Of a stretch of 64,000 bases of DNA, positions 26,451 through 41,398 are shown in pieces (positions within the stretch are counted from its first letter, which is position 1; every line of letters starts with the position of its first letter). Origin of the DNA: Octopus sinensis (Eukaryota); assembly GCF_006345805.1 (NCBI RefSeq), contig NC_043009.1:7006001-7070000 (forward strand), in the 5' to 3' direction. The translations under genes were made by a program, and so were the position numbers. Below the pieces are notes generated by a model. That model was not told where the DNA came from and ran no database searches. It saw only the letters and a program-made list of their open reading frames with translations.

Positions 26451-26477
26451 CATATATAGTATGTATGTATATATATA

Positions 26478-26545
26478 CACACCTTCTCCTCGACTTACGA
26501 CCGAGTTCCGTTCCGACTGACATGTTGTAAGTCTAACGGTCGTAT
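26478..26545 (+). mobile_element. Possible Tigger/pogo terminal fragment
   Basis: TA-CAC..CTCCTCGACTTACGACC resembles Tigger-type TIRs from memory. No partner TIR was found. Confidence 0.3.
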
Positions 26546-26782
26546 GTGGGATTTATATTTTTCAACACAATTTTCATTCAAGCGCTACTGCTACTTGAAA
26601 GCGACAACAGAAGGCAAAGGGTGCCTGGGTTTGAAGAGGCCTACGTTGCCAGAAGCTGCCATAGTTACAGTACGCGCTGCTACCCAACGTCCAAAAATCA
26701 ATTTTATTATTTAAAAAATTTTTTATTTCTTAGTTTTTTTTTCTGGTTGCAAATGCTGATTGTCGTAAGTGAAGGATAAAGG

Positions 26783-26816
<34 letters not shown>

Positions 26817-27255
26817 GGGGGAGGGGCTGAAATACCCGTGCCAAAAGTAGCATTAACTTTTTTAGATCTTTCCACACTTCTCAACTGATCACTACACAAT
26901 TTTAGTAACCTTATCATCCTCAAACCTATAATGACTATAATTAGAATTAGAAACGGCTGTAAGCAAACTTTATTCCAATAGAAGAAATTAATAACCATTA
27001 TTTATAACTTGTTCTTATATATATATATATTATATTATATATATATATTATATATATATATATTATATATATATATAATTAACATTATGTTGTGTGTGTG
27101 TGTGTGTGTATAAAGAGATTTCGAGAGTATAATTTGATGTGAATTCTTAATATGATGTTTTGGTGACCTGCTGACTTAGCGTTCCTCTTTCGCATTAATT
27201 TATGAATATACAAACATATTGCATAATGCATATCAAGCCTATTTAGGCAAAGGGG

Positions 27256-27537
27256 CTCAGGAGTGGTTGTGTGGTAAGGAGCTAGATTCCCAAACACATG
27301 GTTGCATGTTCAATCCCACTACGTGGCACATTGGGCGGTTGTCTTCTATGATACTATAGCAGTGAGTCTTCCAAATCTTTGTGAGGAAATTGAAAGAAGT
27401 ATGTCGTACGTACGTATATCGTATGTACGTACGTATGTATGTATGTATGTATGTATGTATGTATGCATGTATGTATGTATGTATGTGTGTATGTATGTAT
27501 GTATGTATGTATGTATGTATGTATGTATGTATGTATG

Positions 27538-27582
<45 letters not shown>

Positions 27583-27885
27583 CCTTATTTATCTATCTAT
27601 GTGTCTGTCTATCAATCTATCTGTCTATATGTGTGTGTATCTATCTGTTTGTGTGTGTGTGGATGTCTATGTGTCTGTGTTTTCTTCTACCACTGTTTTG
27701 AAAACCAGGGACGGTGTGTTTACGTCTACGAGACTTAGCGAATCGGAAGAGATCGGTGGAAATGTACCAGGCTTAGATTTTTTTTTTCAAACTAGAGTCG
27801 ATTCATTCGACTAAAACTATTCCAGACGGTGCCCCATCATGGCCGGAGCTTAATGACTGAAACAAGTAAAAGAGTAGAAGAGTAA
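27256..27885 (+). mobile_element. SINE family A with ~280-bp internal (TATG)n/(TATC)n expansion
   Basis: Head, body and tail match family A; the internal microsatellite is greatly expanded. Confidence 0.85.
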
Positions 27886-29528
27886 ACATGCAAGCTTACA
27901 TTCACACGCACACAAACACAAACATACATTCACACACATACACAATTGCACGCACATACACATACACACACACACGTATATATATAAATCCAACGGTAGT
28001 AACATTGAAAACCCATCTACTGCTGCGTCCGCAGTAGTAGTTGCGGTAATGTTGATGATAATGATGATGATGACGACGACGACGACGACGATGATGAAGA
28101 TGATGAGAAGGATGATGATGAAGATGTTAAAAATGATGATAATGATGACAAAAACCGCGATGATGCCAACGACGACGATGATAATCGTACCAATGGTTGG
28201 TAGCAGGTTGGTTAAAAATTAATGCTGTATAAAACAACGCTAAATCCACAGAAATGGTAGCATTACAATACAGCGAAAACTGCAAGATTATTGGTTTAGG
28301 GGTTTCTCACATGCATTTCTCATTCCCCCTCCTTCACGTTCGATCGCCCAATTCCCACCTCTCTCTTACTCATTCGCTCTGACCCTCATTCCTTTCTCAA
28401 CAATACTATATATCTTCCAATCTTTTTATCTCCTTCTTTATTTACATGTCTATCTCTCCCTCATTTCTCGACCTTCTTTCTCTCGAGAATCACTATATAT
28501 ATATATATATATATAGTCCTGTGGTTCTTGTGTCGTCTCTGTGGTGTTTCATGTTCTTGTCCATGTCTGTATTTAATTTACTGTTACCTATATATCGGCG
28601 GCTACGTATCCCAATTGTCCTTATACGATAAGTATATTTTTTTCTCAAGCTTTGATACGACTCTAATCTGTCTCTTTTTCTCTCTCTCTCCCTCCTCCCT
28701 TATTCCACTTCCTTCTTTTCCTTCCCTCTCATCCGCCCCCCCCCCTTTCTACGTTTCTCTATCTCTCTCACCTCCAGCCCCCTCGATCTGTCTCTTTCTT
28801 CTCCTCCCTCGTCCAACCTTCTCTCTCCCTTTTCATCTGTCCCTTTCTCCTGTCTTTTGTTCTCACGTGACAGCTAGCCGCTGTTGAGCGCTCTTTTCGT
28901 TTTCAGCACCTCAGAGCAACACGGATTTGTCGTCTCCCGTGGCCTTTAGGCAAAACTTCACAGCCAGCCCCTACTCAAATCGTCCTGTCGAAGACCCACC
29001 CTTGTCCTACGTCCTGGTTTTGTTTTGTTGTTTATTTTTTATTTTCACCGTTATTGTTTTACGTTTTTGTATTCTTATTGGTGTCACGTATTTGTATTTT
29101 TGTTTTGTACTTCGATCGTTTTTCCGTCCTTTCGTTGTATACATTCGAAGCTTTGGGCTGGCCCATATCGGAGCAATCTCAAGATTAATCAGCCGAAATT
29201 GCTAAGATGATCTGGTTCTTGACTGAGACTGAGGGCTTCGAATTCCTCCTGTGGTTCTTGTGTCGTCTCTGTGGTGTTTCATGTTCTTGTCCATGTCTGT
29301 ATTTAATTTTACTGTTTCCTATATAGATATATATATATATATATATATATATGTTATATATATGTGTGTGTATGTGTGTGTGTGTTTGTGTGTGCGTAGT
29401 GTGTTTGTGTGTGTATGTATATATATATATATATGTATATATATGTAGTGTATATTTATATGTGCATATTATATATTTATATATATATGTTGTATATATA
29501 TGTATATATATATATATATATATATGTA

Positions 29529-29580
<52 letters not shown>

Positions 29581-29618
29581 ATATATGTATATATAATATA
29601 TAATTATATATATATATG

Positions 29619-29651
<33 letters not shown>

Positions 29652-29731
29652 GTATATATATATATATAGTATATTATATATTTGTATATATATATATATA
29701 TGTATATATTATTATATTTAATATATATATC

Positions 29732-29791
<60 letters not shown>

Positions 29792-29807
29792 TATATTATA
29801 TGTATAT

Positions 29808-29859
<52 letters not shown>

Positions 29860-30250
29860 TACGCTTATTTTTCTTCTATGTTTACATCTCTCGTCTTTCT
29901 CTCACGTTTCTCAATATCTCAATATCTCTCTTTTGATATCCTTTCTTCTCGCTCTCATTCTTTGTTGCACATTCTTCACATTATCTATGCATTTGTGTAT
30001 GCATATGAGTTTGTGTGTGTGTATATTGTGTCTGTATATATATATATATAATATATACATAGAGATATATGTGTAGGTATATGAACTATGCGCGTTCTCA
30101 TTCTTTCTCAAGTTTTGTTGCATTCTTTATGCATTTTTTTTTCGTATCTTTATTTTTTCTTTTCTATTTCCTTTTGCCATTTGATCAAAAGAAATAGATC
30201 TATTTAGTACGATACATTATGTATGCGTGACTAAATATACACATATACAT

Positions 30251-30288
<38 letters not shown>

Positions 30289-30345
30289 TATAGTCCATAT
30301 ATGTATATATATACATATTACGAACAATGCACTTCCATTATATAT

Positions 30346-30419
<74 letters not shown>

Positions 30420-31549
30420 CACATATGTATGTATGTACTGATATACACATATACTGGCGTCCTGTTTTCATTTGATTTCATGTGTTAGTGTTCTTGTCGG
30501 CCTTTCTTTGTTTTGTTCTTTCTTGTTAGTTTTTGCCATTTTTTTCTTGTAGGACCTCATTTAATGTTGGTATTATTGGTGGCAATATGGTAATGGAAGC
30601 AAAGGACATATTTGGTCTGGCGGTATTTAATGTACTAAGGGTTGGTGATCGTGGGGCGGTGCGGTGGGGTATATTGATTTGATTATATCATTAGATGGAC
30701 GTATCGATTTAGTTAAACATGAATATCATAAAACACACACATACGTACACATACAAACACACGTATAAACTCGTACGTACATATACACTTACACACAAAT
30801 GATAATATATGAATCTCTATATGTAAATATCTTTCAGTATTCGTGCAAATATATACGTGGTTCATATGTTCTTGTTTGTATGTGAGTATCTGAAATCGTG
30901 TGTATCTGTTAATATGTGCCTTTGAATAATGTGTGCGGTTGATAGTGTGTGTATGCCTTTGTGGAGGAAACTTTTTGGTAGAAGTTTTATTGGATTTTGT
31001 GATTATATGTAATTGAAAGTATAACTTTCCTGATAACATATATTGGGTTGGTCTAAAGAGTTTGTTACAATCTGAAGCCTTGCTATCTATCGTTTCCATC
31101 AGGACATTTAAATAACGTTGTAAATTTATCTCAGTTTATCTCATTAAGCTTGCCTTGTGGGTTTGAATACTAAAAAACACAGCTTTTTTTTCTTCTCTGA
31201 AAAATCAAACGAATTTCAGTTTGAAGCGATTGGTAAGAGCTAAAAGCATATTTTTGCTTTCGTCAAGTTTAACATTCACTACATGTGCTCCCATAAAGCT
31301 ATATGCCCACACATATACGTTATCGAAACTACACACAAACAAACACATGCACAAACACTCATCGATATGCACACATATACATATATGTGTGTGTGGGTAG
31401 CTGGGTGTGGTTCATAGTCAAAATGCAAAAAGCGCTCGCTGATGAAAACAGTGTGGGTGTATAAAATATTTAGGTGGTGATCGTATTAGTCATGGCTATC
31501 AGTTGTTATTATGTGCGTCATTATGCTATATATATACATATATATATAT

Positions 31550-31739
31550 AGGCGTAGAAGTGGATGCGTGGTAAGTAGCTTGCTTACCAACCACATGGTT
31601 CCGGGTTCAGTCCCACTGCATGGCACCTTGGGCAAGTGTCTTGAACGATAGCCTCGGGTCGACCAAAGCCTTGCGAGTGGATTTGGTAGACGGAAACTGA
31701 AAGAAGCTCGTCGTATATATGTATATATACGTATACATG

Positions 31740-31745
<6 letters not shown>
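31550..31745 (+). mobile_element. SINE family A, 5' half
   Basis: Head through GGAAACTGAAAGAAGCTCGTCG, ending in the internal (TA)n. An older diverged copy follows at about 31893-32338. Confidence 0.85.
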
Positions 31746-31784
<39 letters not shown>

Positions 31785-32056
31785 TATATATATATTATAT
31801 ATGTGTGTGTGGGTGTTTGTGTGTATGTATGTATGTATGTATATATCATACAGATGTCTGTGTGTCCACATCCATATACATGCTATTCATATATGTGGTT
31901 GTGCGGTAAGAAATTGCTTCTCAACCAGTATCACGGCGCAGGACTTTCACACAGTATGTCTTACCGTAGTCTCAGCCTCATCAAAGCGTTGAGACACGAC
32001 TTCTTAGATGGGAACTAAAAAAGTTTGTCGGACACACACACACACACACATATATG

Positions 32057-32119
<63 letters not shown>

Positions 32120-32570
32120 TGGAGGTCTGTATTTTTGTATGTCCACACCACCACCACTTCGCAACGGGTACTGGCTTCTTTTCATCCCCGTAAATTAGCG
32201 TTTCACCAAAGTGTACAATAAAGTGAATTATAGGCTTCTAGAAATATGTACTGGAGTCAATTCCGTTGATTAAATCGTCCGAATTGGTGCTCAAGTATGG
32301 CCGTAATCAAATGACTGAAACAAGTAAACGACAAAGGTACGTGTGTGTGCGACTCTGTGTGTGTGGGGTGGGGGTGAACAAATACGCATACACTCAAATA
32401 TATTTATGGAGAATTATATAATTGCTAGAAGCCGAAATGTCTAATTCATCCGCAAATATTTCCTTGTAAAAATAAATTAGCCACTTTTCTAAAAGAACTA
32501 TATGATCTTCAGCGTAATGCTAAATTGTCTTCGTATAATAACTTCATACAATAGCAAACATTCAGATATA

Positions 32571-32603
<33 letters not shown>

Positions 32604-34382
32604 GTTTGTATAACAAAAGAGGGTGTTCAGTTCCACGCAGGAAGAAAATATAGGAAAATTCGTTATTGAAAATGGAACAAAATTTGAAAAACTTGTAATT
32701 GTTTAATATACCTTTATTTTTATATATACCAAACTAGTTTCAACAATATTTTCTTTTCTTTCTCAATGGTAAAAATTCAAAATTATGAATTAGAAAAACA
32801 TCTTTAAAAGTTTCAATGTTGACAAATTAAAATGTTCATAACAGACAAATTTAGAATTATAAATTAGGGAAACACGTTCAGAAATAGTGATGTTTTTATT
32901 GTCATATTGTCTCAAATGTGCATTTAATCTCTCCGCAATATCTCAGCAATGTATATCATGTTCATGCCTTTACAAGCACTCTCTATGCAGCTTATTTAGT
33001 AGATTACACTACTATTTCTACAGTTAAAGCCAGGGTCAATCTTACAAACCACTCAGTTATCATTGTTACATGTGATATTTCCAAAGTGGTACGTCCTACA
33101 TAGTGTGATCTGATGGAGCTCCCTGGCTATTCAAATATATTAGTGTTGAGTTTGGCCTCCTACAGATCTTTCCCTGATCTTCCGGCTAGGTCTCCATGTG
33201 CTGTGGCCTCTACAGACATCACTCCTTGATATTTGTCGGTTTTGTACCATGGGTTCACCCTGTTTGCTTTGTCACAAAATCTGTGTCATTCAAGTCTTTA
33301 CCTCGGTATCTAGGCCAGGTACCACTTGGTTAATTATTAATAGTTTTATCCACTTCATTATATATATATATATATAATATATATATATATATATAATATA
33401 TACATGTATGCATGTATATATATGTACATATATATATTCATATGTATATATATGTATATACATGCATATATATATATTTATATATAATATCATATATATA
33501 TATATATGCATGCATGTATGTATATATATATTTATATATATATATATATGTATATATATACATATATATACATACATATATATATTTATATATATGTGTG
33601 TATTTTTGTATATGTATGTACAACTATGTATGTGCAAGTGTATATATAAAAGAATATTGAAACGATTCGAGATAAACGTCTTTGCAACTCATTCCCTCGG
33701 GTTGACCGGAAACCGTGTTCTTCATTAGCAGTTATGGTAGGATTTCCGGTTGGGTCACAGATGTTGCAACCATGCGCATTGTGTCCTGCCATATATGATT
33801 ACCAAGAGCAAATCCCCGGTTATCAAATCCATCAACATACATGTATAATTGAAGAAACAGAACACAGAATCACTTTTATACATAAACATGTATATACATA
33901 CATATACATACCATCATGCATATGTATACAAACACACACACACAGCATTTGAATATAAATACACATATACATATTCATATGTATAGATATGCGTGTATAT
34001 ATCGATGTATATATATATATATATATATTCATCTACCTCCATATACATGTATATATACATACGTATACATGTATATATATATATATATATATAATATATA
34101 TACAACATTACACATCACATCATAGCACACCACCCACACACCCATCCCCACATCTTCACACCTACTCATACATACACGCACACATCTAGACCACCAGCCC
34201 TATTTCACACGCACATACATACTCTCTTATACACACACGCACCTTTGTGTTGGGGGTCATCTTTACCTTGTTATCTCCCCTACTTTCCTCCTCGTGTTTG
34301 ACCCTTCTGTCCGGCACTAGTCGCCATGATAGGTCGTTAGCCACTACACACATTTTGTTCTCTCTTTGTTTTTTCTTTGTCC

Positions 34383-34418
34383 CTTTCTGTAGAAGAACGT
34401 AGGCTCGAAACGTAAAAG
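34383..34418 (+). ncRNA. Variant minimal hammerhead-like motif
   Basis: CTTT-CTGTAGA-A-GAAC gtag GCTC-GAAA-CG-TA-AAAG: A6 is replaced by U and stem II has one mismatch, with palindromic ACGT. Confidence 0.5.
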
Positions 34419-34853
34419 ACTTTTTCTATTCCTGAGCGTTATACTAATACATCTGTTCGTTTTGTACACCACCTGTCTCCGTCTTTTGTTTTTTTTTTCT
34501 TAAACTCTCCGTATATATATATTATATATATATACATCCATACATGCATACATATAATTGCATATCAATTTATTATGTTTATTTCTGACTGCCTTGGCAT
34601 AGTGTTATATCGCAATACTACACAGTGGCTGTGTGACCTACGAAATCCTCGTCGCCACTGTTATGTCGCTCGTTCGGATGCCTTCTACTCAACTCTACTC
34701 TGCTCCTACTGCTCACCTCTTACCGCTACTCTGACGTCTAGGTTTCTCTCTATATATCTACGTATTGGGCTAGACTACTTTCGTCGTCTGGGGGCGTCCA
34801 CACAATTGATAACGATAGCGAATGCTTCTTTTGTTGTTAAATACATACATATT

Positions 34854-35260
34854 GGCGCAGGAGTGGCTGTGTGATAAGTAGCTTGCTTACCAACCACATG
34901 GTTCCGGGTTCAGTCCCACTGCGTGGCATCTTGGACAAGTGCCTTCTGCTATAGCCTCGGACCGACCAATGCCTTGTGAGTGCATTTGGTAGACGGAAAC
35001 AGAAAGAAGCCTGTTGTATATATGTATTTATATATGTATTTGTATGTATGTTTGCGTGTCTGTGTTTGTCCCCCTAGCATTGCTTGACAACCGATGCTGG
35101 TGTGTTTACGTCCCCGTCACTTAGCGGTTCGACAAAAGAGACCGATAGAATAAGTACTGGTCTTACAAAGAACAAGTCCCGGGGTCGATTTACTCGACTG
35201 AAGGTGGTGCTCCAGCGTGGTCACAGTCAAATGACTGAAACAAGTAAAAGAGTAAAAGAG
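34854..35260 (+). mobile_element. SINE family A, full length
   Basis: GGCGCAGGAGTGGCTGTGTG...GGGTTCAGTCCC...AAAAGAGTAAAAGAGTA. Confidence 0.92.
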
Positions 35261-35529
35261 TAATAACAACAGAAGGGTGATTAGTAGAACAACCCTATTA
35301 AACATGAACCAAGGGTAAATATAGCACATCTGATATAGTCGTTTGCCACAGAAAAGGAAAAAAAAAAAATACTGTACTGCCATAGAAGTCAGCGGCCCCG
35401 CAAGCATTTCTTGTATATTTTCTGAGAAGGATACTGTATACAGACAACTGCCTCTCTACGCGGTTTAAGAATTCCTATTTATACCAATAATTATTATGCA
35501 CTTATATATGTTAATACATATTTAAGCGT

Positions 35530-35827
35530 GAAGGAGCGTGGCTTATTGGTTAGCGTATTCGGCAAACGATGGTAAGGTCGTGAGTTCATTTTCTGGCGGC
35601 GCTTTGTGTCTTTGAGCAAGACACTTTATTTCACGTTTCTTCAGCCAGTCCATCTAACTGGCAAAAATGAGTTGTGCCTGTACTTCAAAAGACCGACCTT
35701 CTCACATTTGGTATCATGATGAATCTCTCTGAGAATTATGCTAAGTGTACATTTGTCTGTTGAGTGCTCAGCCACTTCTTCGTTGATTTCACGAGCAGGT
35801 TGTTACGTTGATCGGATCGTCTAGAAC
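35530..35827 (+). mobile_element. SINE family C, diverged
   Basis: Collinear with the reverse complement of 2393-2717. Confidence 0.8.
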
Positions 35828-36574
35828 CACGAGTACAAAAACGAATGTTCAAGAAGCAATCTGAAAAGGTTGGGGTTTTGAGGCAAATAAAGTGACCAGA
35901 TTTATCTGCAAAGAAATTATTCAGGTGAACAGACTTTGAACACAGTTTGTGTCATTATACAATTCTGTAAGCAGAACAGTATAACGGTACAAGACTTTAC
36001 ATAAGTTAAGCATACAGCGCTTAATGATGTTGTTATCGAAATTCCACTGGTGGATATAATTTTGTTTTTGTTTGAATCTAACTCATTTCTTGTGCGAAGT
36101 AATCAAATAATAATTTAACTAGTCACACTCAAAAATACCTCACTAATCTTTGAAAGAACACGGCCAACAGTCAAATACTAAATTTGGTGTTGTTAGTCAC
36201 CATAAATAACAATACTGTTGCTTCTGTTTGCTACAAAATACCAGATATAGTTCAACAACCATCAGCTTCACCCCAAACATTATATGAGACTTTGAGTCAT
36301 TGATAGACTGATGTAAAGATGTAGAAGTGTGGGCTGCCTCAAGTGCTGTCCATCCTGATGGTTAATACATATATAATTGACTATCAAAGTTCAAATACTT
36401 GATCGTTTAAACGACTGAAAATATTCCACCATATAAATGTGTGCCAGTCTGGTTGTATAAAAAGAAGTCCTTATCAATTTCGTTCAAATCTTTTCAGTGT
36501 TTGGTTTATATCATTACAAGGTAAAATATGTAGCAATTACGAACAGGTAAGTGGGAAATATGTGACTATGTGAA

Positions 36575-36810
36575 AGGGCGGCGAGCTGGCAGAAACGTTA
36601 GCGCGCCGGGCGAAATGCGTAGCCGTATTTCGTCTGTCGTTACATTCTGAGTTCAAATTCCGCCGAGGTCGACTTTGCCTTTCATCCTTTCGGGGTCGAT
36701 AAATTAAGTACCAGTTTCGCACTGGGGTCGATGTAATCGACTTAATCCCTTTGTCTGTCTTTGTTTGTTCCCTCTATGTTTAGCCCCATGTGGGTAGTAA
36801 AGAAATATAT
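36575..36810 (+). mobile_element. SINE family B (1 unit + linker); a diverged second copy follows at about 36845-37100
   Basis: Near-consensus head, B box and core. Confidence 0.9.
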
Positions 36811-38877
36811 GTGAGAAATCGACATCATTATTAATGGGAAAGAAAAGGCGGTGAGCTGGCAGAATCGTTAGCACGCTGGGCGAAATGCATAGCAGTATTT
36901 CGAATGCCGCTACTTTTTGAGTTCAAATTCCGGCGATGTCGACTTTGCGTTTCATCATTTGCGCGTCGGAAAATTACCATGTTTCATTTGTTGCGTTCAA
37001 ACACCGCCCAGGAAAACTTTGCCATCCATCCTTGCAAGTTCGATGAAGTAAAATACCATTTAAATACTGATGGATTATACCCCTCTAACACCCTACCATA
37101 AATTTCAGACCTTACCATTATAACCTATAATCGAATCAGATATTTAAGGGAGTGGTGAGGGCAGTGGATTTCTCCTATAGGCAGAAGGCATGAAAATTTT
37201 GTGGGGCAGAAGCTAGACGATTTCATCGACCACAGTGAAGAACTGTTAATTATTTCAGCGCCCTTGAACGGATAAAAGACAAAGTCTATCTCAACAGAAT
37301 TTGAAATCAGAACGTAGAGACGGGTAAAATACCGCTAAGCGGTTTGTCTAACGATACTGTCATCTGGCTGCCTGCATTCAAAAAATGCCATGTGGTATTT
37401 CTTCTGGCTTTTCACATTCTAAGATGTCGGTTATATAAAATACCTATCAACTACTAGGATGGATTTAAACATTTTTACAAAAAAACTCCTCTTATAAATT
37501 CTTGGACTTTTGCCAATTTTAGAAATAGCTATTCTTGGAAACGATGGTTTACGGAATCTGTTTAATGTCGGAAATTACACTTTAAGATTCGAGTTCAAAC
37601 TTGGCAGATTGAACTTGCATCCTTCAGGGTTCAATAAGAGAAATACCCATAAAGACCAGCAAATTATGCAATGGCTTTTACTCTCAACTTCGAAGTGTAT
37701 GACCTGCTGACTCTACGGAAGGTCATAGTAATGTGAAGGAATTGTTTTGGCAGAATCAATAGTGCGTAGTACTTAAGGCATTTTAGTTATTTGTTCCCGC
37801 TCCTTAAGTTCTGATTTCAAAACACGCTGAGGACAAATTTTTCTTTCATGTTTCGGGTTCGAATATAAAAGTGCAAGTTAAGTACAGAGGTCAGAGGTAA
37901 CGGCTAACGGCATCCCTCAAATTTCAAGCCTTGCTCTTATGCTAGAATCAATTATCATCATCGTCCATAACTGAACATTTGGTCTTTGGAAATATTTCTA
38001 TCATAGTTTTGTTCTATTATTGAATTCTTACTTAGACCTTCGTTTAACAGCAGTCAGGCCACATTGAGATAAAAACATATCTTTTTTGTTTCTCATTTTT
38101 TATCTGTCAAAATATGAAGAAGGCATTAACAAGGAAGCGATGTCAGCTGTCAAAACCTGATATTTTCCATGTACAATAAAGCTCTTAATGTACATATACA
38201 TTAACAGCTTTTCACTTCACTTATATAACATGCACCCTTTTTTTTTCCAACACGTTGCAAAATACTTTTGTATCAGAAAATTTACACTAACATGAAATAA
38301 TCATTGACAGCCGAAAAAATATATTTTATGATTGATAAAATAAAAGGAGATATCTAATTACAATAAAATTGTATACATGTGTAGGTTTGCATTGAAATAA
38401 AAGTAAATGGGAGAGTGTTGGAATAATTCTATTATAATTTAGTGAAGAAGAAATAGCAGTACCCAAAAATTTTGTAATCTCCCAGGACCGGTGAGAAAGA
38501 CACGGCTGAGGTAAATTTTCATTATCGGAAAGGCAAATTTTACAGAACTTATAATACGTAGATAGTGAGGGTTTTCACGATCTTCAATATTCTAAGGATG
38601 AAGGATTGAGTTGTAGGTATCCGTGAAGTTGAATATTGTATGAGTTGAATATTACATAAAAAAAAAAAGCGTTTGAATTGTTGGCCTCTAAGGAGAGGAT
38701 ATGCAAATAGCAAATTCGAAGGATATGATGCATTTGTAGTATGACAAGGTATGGAGGGTGATAAAATAGTGTTTGTGCTATAGAAATTGTAGCGAGTATT
38801 TATGAAATGAGGAAAATATAAGAGAAGCTAGCGAACTTAAAGCTGGGACTCGTTCTTGAACGCTGCTTCACCAGTAT

Positions 38878-39079
38878 ACTCTCTTTTACTCTTTTACTTG
38901 TTTCAGTCATTTGACTACGGCCATGCTGGAGTACCAAATTTAGTCGTGAAAATCGACCCCAGGACTTATACTTTGGAAGCCTAGTAAATAATTCTATCGG
39001 TCACTTTTACCGAACCTCTAAGTTACGGGGACGCAAACACGCCAGAATCGGTTGTCAAGCGATGTTGGAGAAAAATACA

Positions 39080-39110
<31 letters not shown>
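38878..39110 (-). mobile_element. SINE family A, 3' half
   Basis: Tail and body in reverse, ending in the internal (CA)n/(TA)n. Confidence 0.85.
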
Positions 39111-39127
<17 letters not shown>

Positions 39128-39128
39128 T

Positions 39129-39167
<39 letters not shown>

Positions 39168-39879
39168 CATACAACACCAGATGGTGTTTCACACGTGTTT
39201 TTTATTGATGGCCTTAGGTGTTACATCCCGCAAAAACCCATTTTCCTCAGGTGAATACATGTTAGAATTAACAGAAATAAACGTTAAGAAGTACATAGTA
39301 CCATAAGACTCTAATGCCCCCAAATCGGTCAGACCAAATAAGATTTCGATCGTTCCTTCCGAACACTCACACAAATGGTTTGTCTACATATATCAGCTGT
39401 TTGTGTTGCACAAAGATCCGCATAAACTGTACAGCGGCACGAATGTGAAATTCGTCACATCCTCAAATGATTGTATAACAATGTGGAATGAAGTGATTTG
39501 CTCAAAAACAAAAGGCACTGACCGGCCTGGGAAGATAAAGGATGAACTCACGATCCTGAGTACACCTCCATGACCACTTTGTGTATGTGTGTGTGTACGA
39601 GCGCGCGAACAGAAACAGAAGAGCCGTTAAACCTTGGTTAAACCATCAAACAGTCGTTGCGGCTTTCTGTGGCCTTGGGTCATACCTCGATCGGGTCGAG
39701 CATGGCTTTCACTCACTCGATGATAAATCAATGCCTTTTACTGGAAACGATCAGATTTTTTTTTTCGTCCTTTACACCATATTTAGAAATACCCTACACA
39801 TCTTATGTCACGTTGATACTCCTACGAATCCACCATAGTTAAGAACGTAAAATGATAAAACATATCTAAATATACATAC

Positions 39880-39937
<58 letters not shown>

Positions 39938-39969
39938 ATATACACATATATATATGTATATATATATAC

Positions 39970-40002
<33 letters not shown>

Positions 40003-40451
40003 CATAATATATATATATATATATATATATAGATATATATATATATATATAATATATATACATATACACACACACACATATATATATGCACACATATTTA
40101 TATACACATATATATATATGTGTATGTATGTATATATATAGATAGATCGATAGACAGATAGATAGATAGATGTAGAAAGGCATATCTGCATATACATGTA
40201 TGTATGTGTGCGTGAGTGTGTTAGTGTGTGTGGGTGTATAGTGGTGTGTGTTTGTGTGCATGTGTGGATATATGAACGCATTTAAACATAAGTAATTATG
40301 AGAAATATTTATTTCTCTGTATACTCTGTTTATGGCGGTGTATGTAAAAATTAAACAAGTTCATAAATATATTTATGAAGCATTTTAAGAAACACTTTCA
40401 TACACGCAACATAACATACACACCGCCTACAAACAGTGACGAAGGAGTGAG

Positions 40452-40488
<37 letters not shown>

Positions 40489-41010
40489 GAGAGGGACAGA
40501 GAGGAGGAAAGAAAGAGAGTTGAGGAGAGGGAAATTTGTTTGATTTTAACGTTTACTCCTACTCCTTGTAAAATATATTTCGTTTTACATAATACAAACT
40601 GTTTGATCGTTTGATGTTTGCTAAGCCAATACATTTTATTATAGAAATTCTAGAATATATGTCTATATTTTATTAATGCTAAAATTTCAAAAAGTAGAAA
40701 AATGAAGAAAAATTAGAAACAAATGAAGGGAAAAGTATTTCGTTTCATAACTTAATGCTATATATGAAAATGAACGTAAATATAAGCAGTTAAAATATTT
40801 CACTTACTAAATCTAGCGCTAGATGGCAGCATGATGAAATAGTTAGAGAATTTGATAGACAGCCATGTTGTTTTTGTTTGTAATCACGTGTTTTCGTTGC
40901 TTCTGTCATCACCATTAATAATTCCCCTTATTTAAATTTAATTTAAGGTTAGCGGTTCCGTTTTATATTTATATATTGTGTTCTATAGTTTGTTTTTTTT
41001 TTGCTCTATA

Positions 41011-41398
41011 GGCGCAGGAGTAGCTGTGCGGTAAGTAGCTTGCTTAACAACCACATGGTTCCGGGTTCATTCCCACTGCGTGGCACCTTGGGCAAGTGTC
41101 TTCTACTATAGCAGCGAGCCGACCAAACCCTTGTGAGTTGGTTTGGTAGACGGAAACTGAAAGAAGCCCGTCGTATATATATAAATGTATATAAATATAT
41201 ATGTATGTGTGTGTATATGTTTGTGTGACTGTGCTTACCCAACTTCGCTTGACAACCGATGCGGTTCGGCTAAAGGGACCGATAGAATAAGTACTAGGCT
41301 TACAAGGAATAAGTCCCGGGGTCGATTTGCTCGACTAAAGGCGGTGCTCCAGCATGGCCGCAGTCAAATGACTGAAACAAGTAAAAGAGAAAGAGAGT
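41011..41398 (+). mobile_element. SINE family A, full length
   Basis: As for the other family A copies, with a short internal microsatellite. Confidence 0.92.

Noticed and set aside
26620-26665. TTGAAGA-GGC..GCC-AGAAG hammerhead-like motif
   Set aside because: Several core mismatches and no convincing stem I.
33050-33330. Possible RTE LINE 3' fragment on the minus strand
   Set aside because: The motif match (W.P..K..R.G) is too weak.
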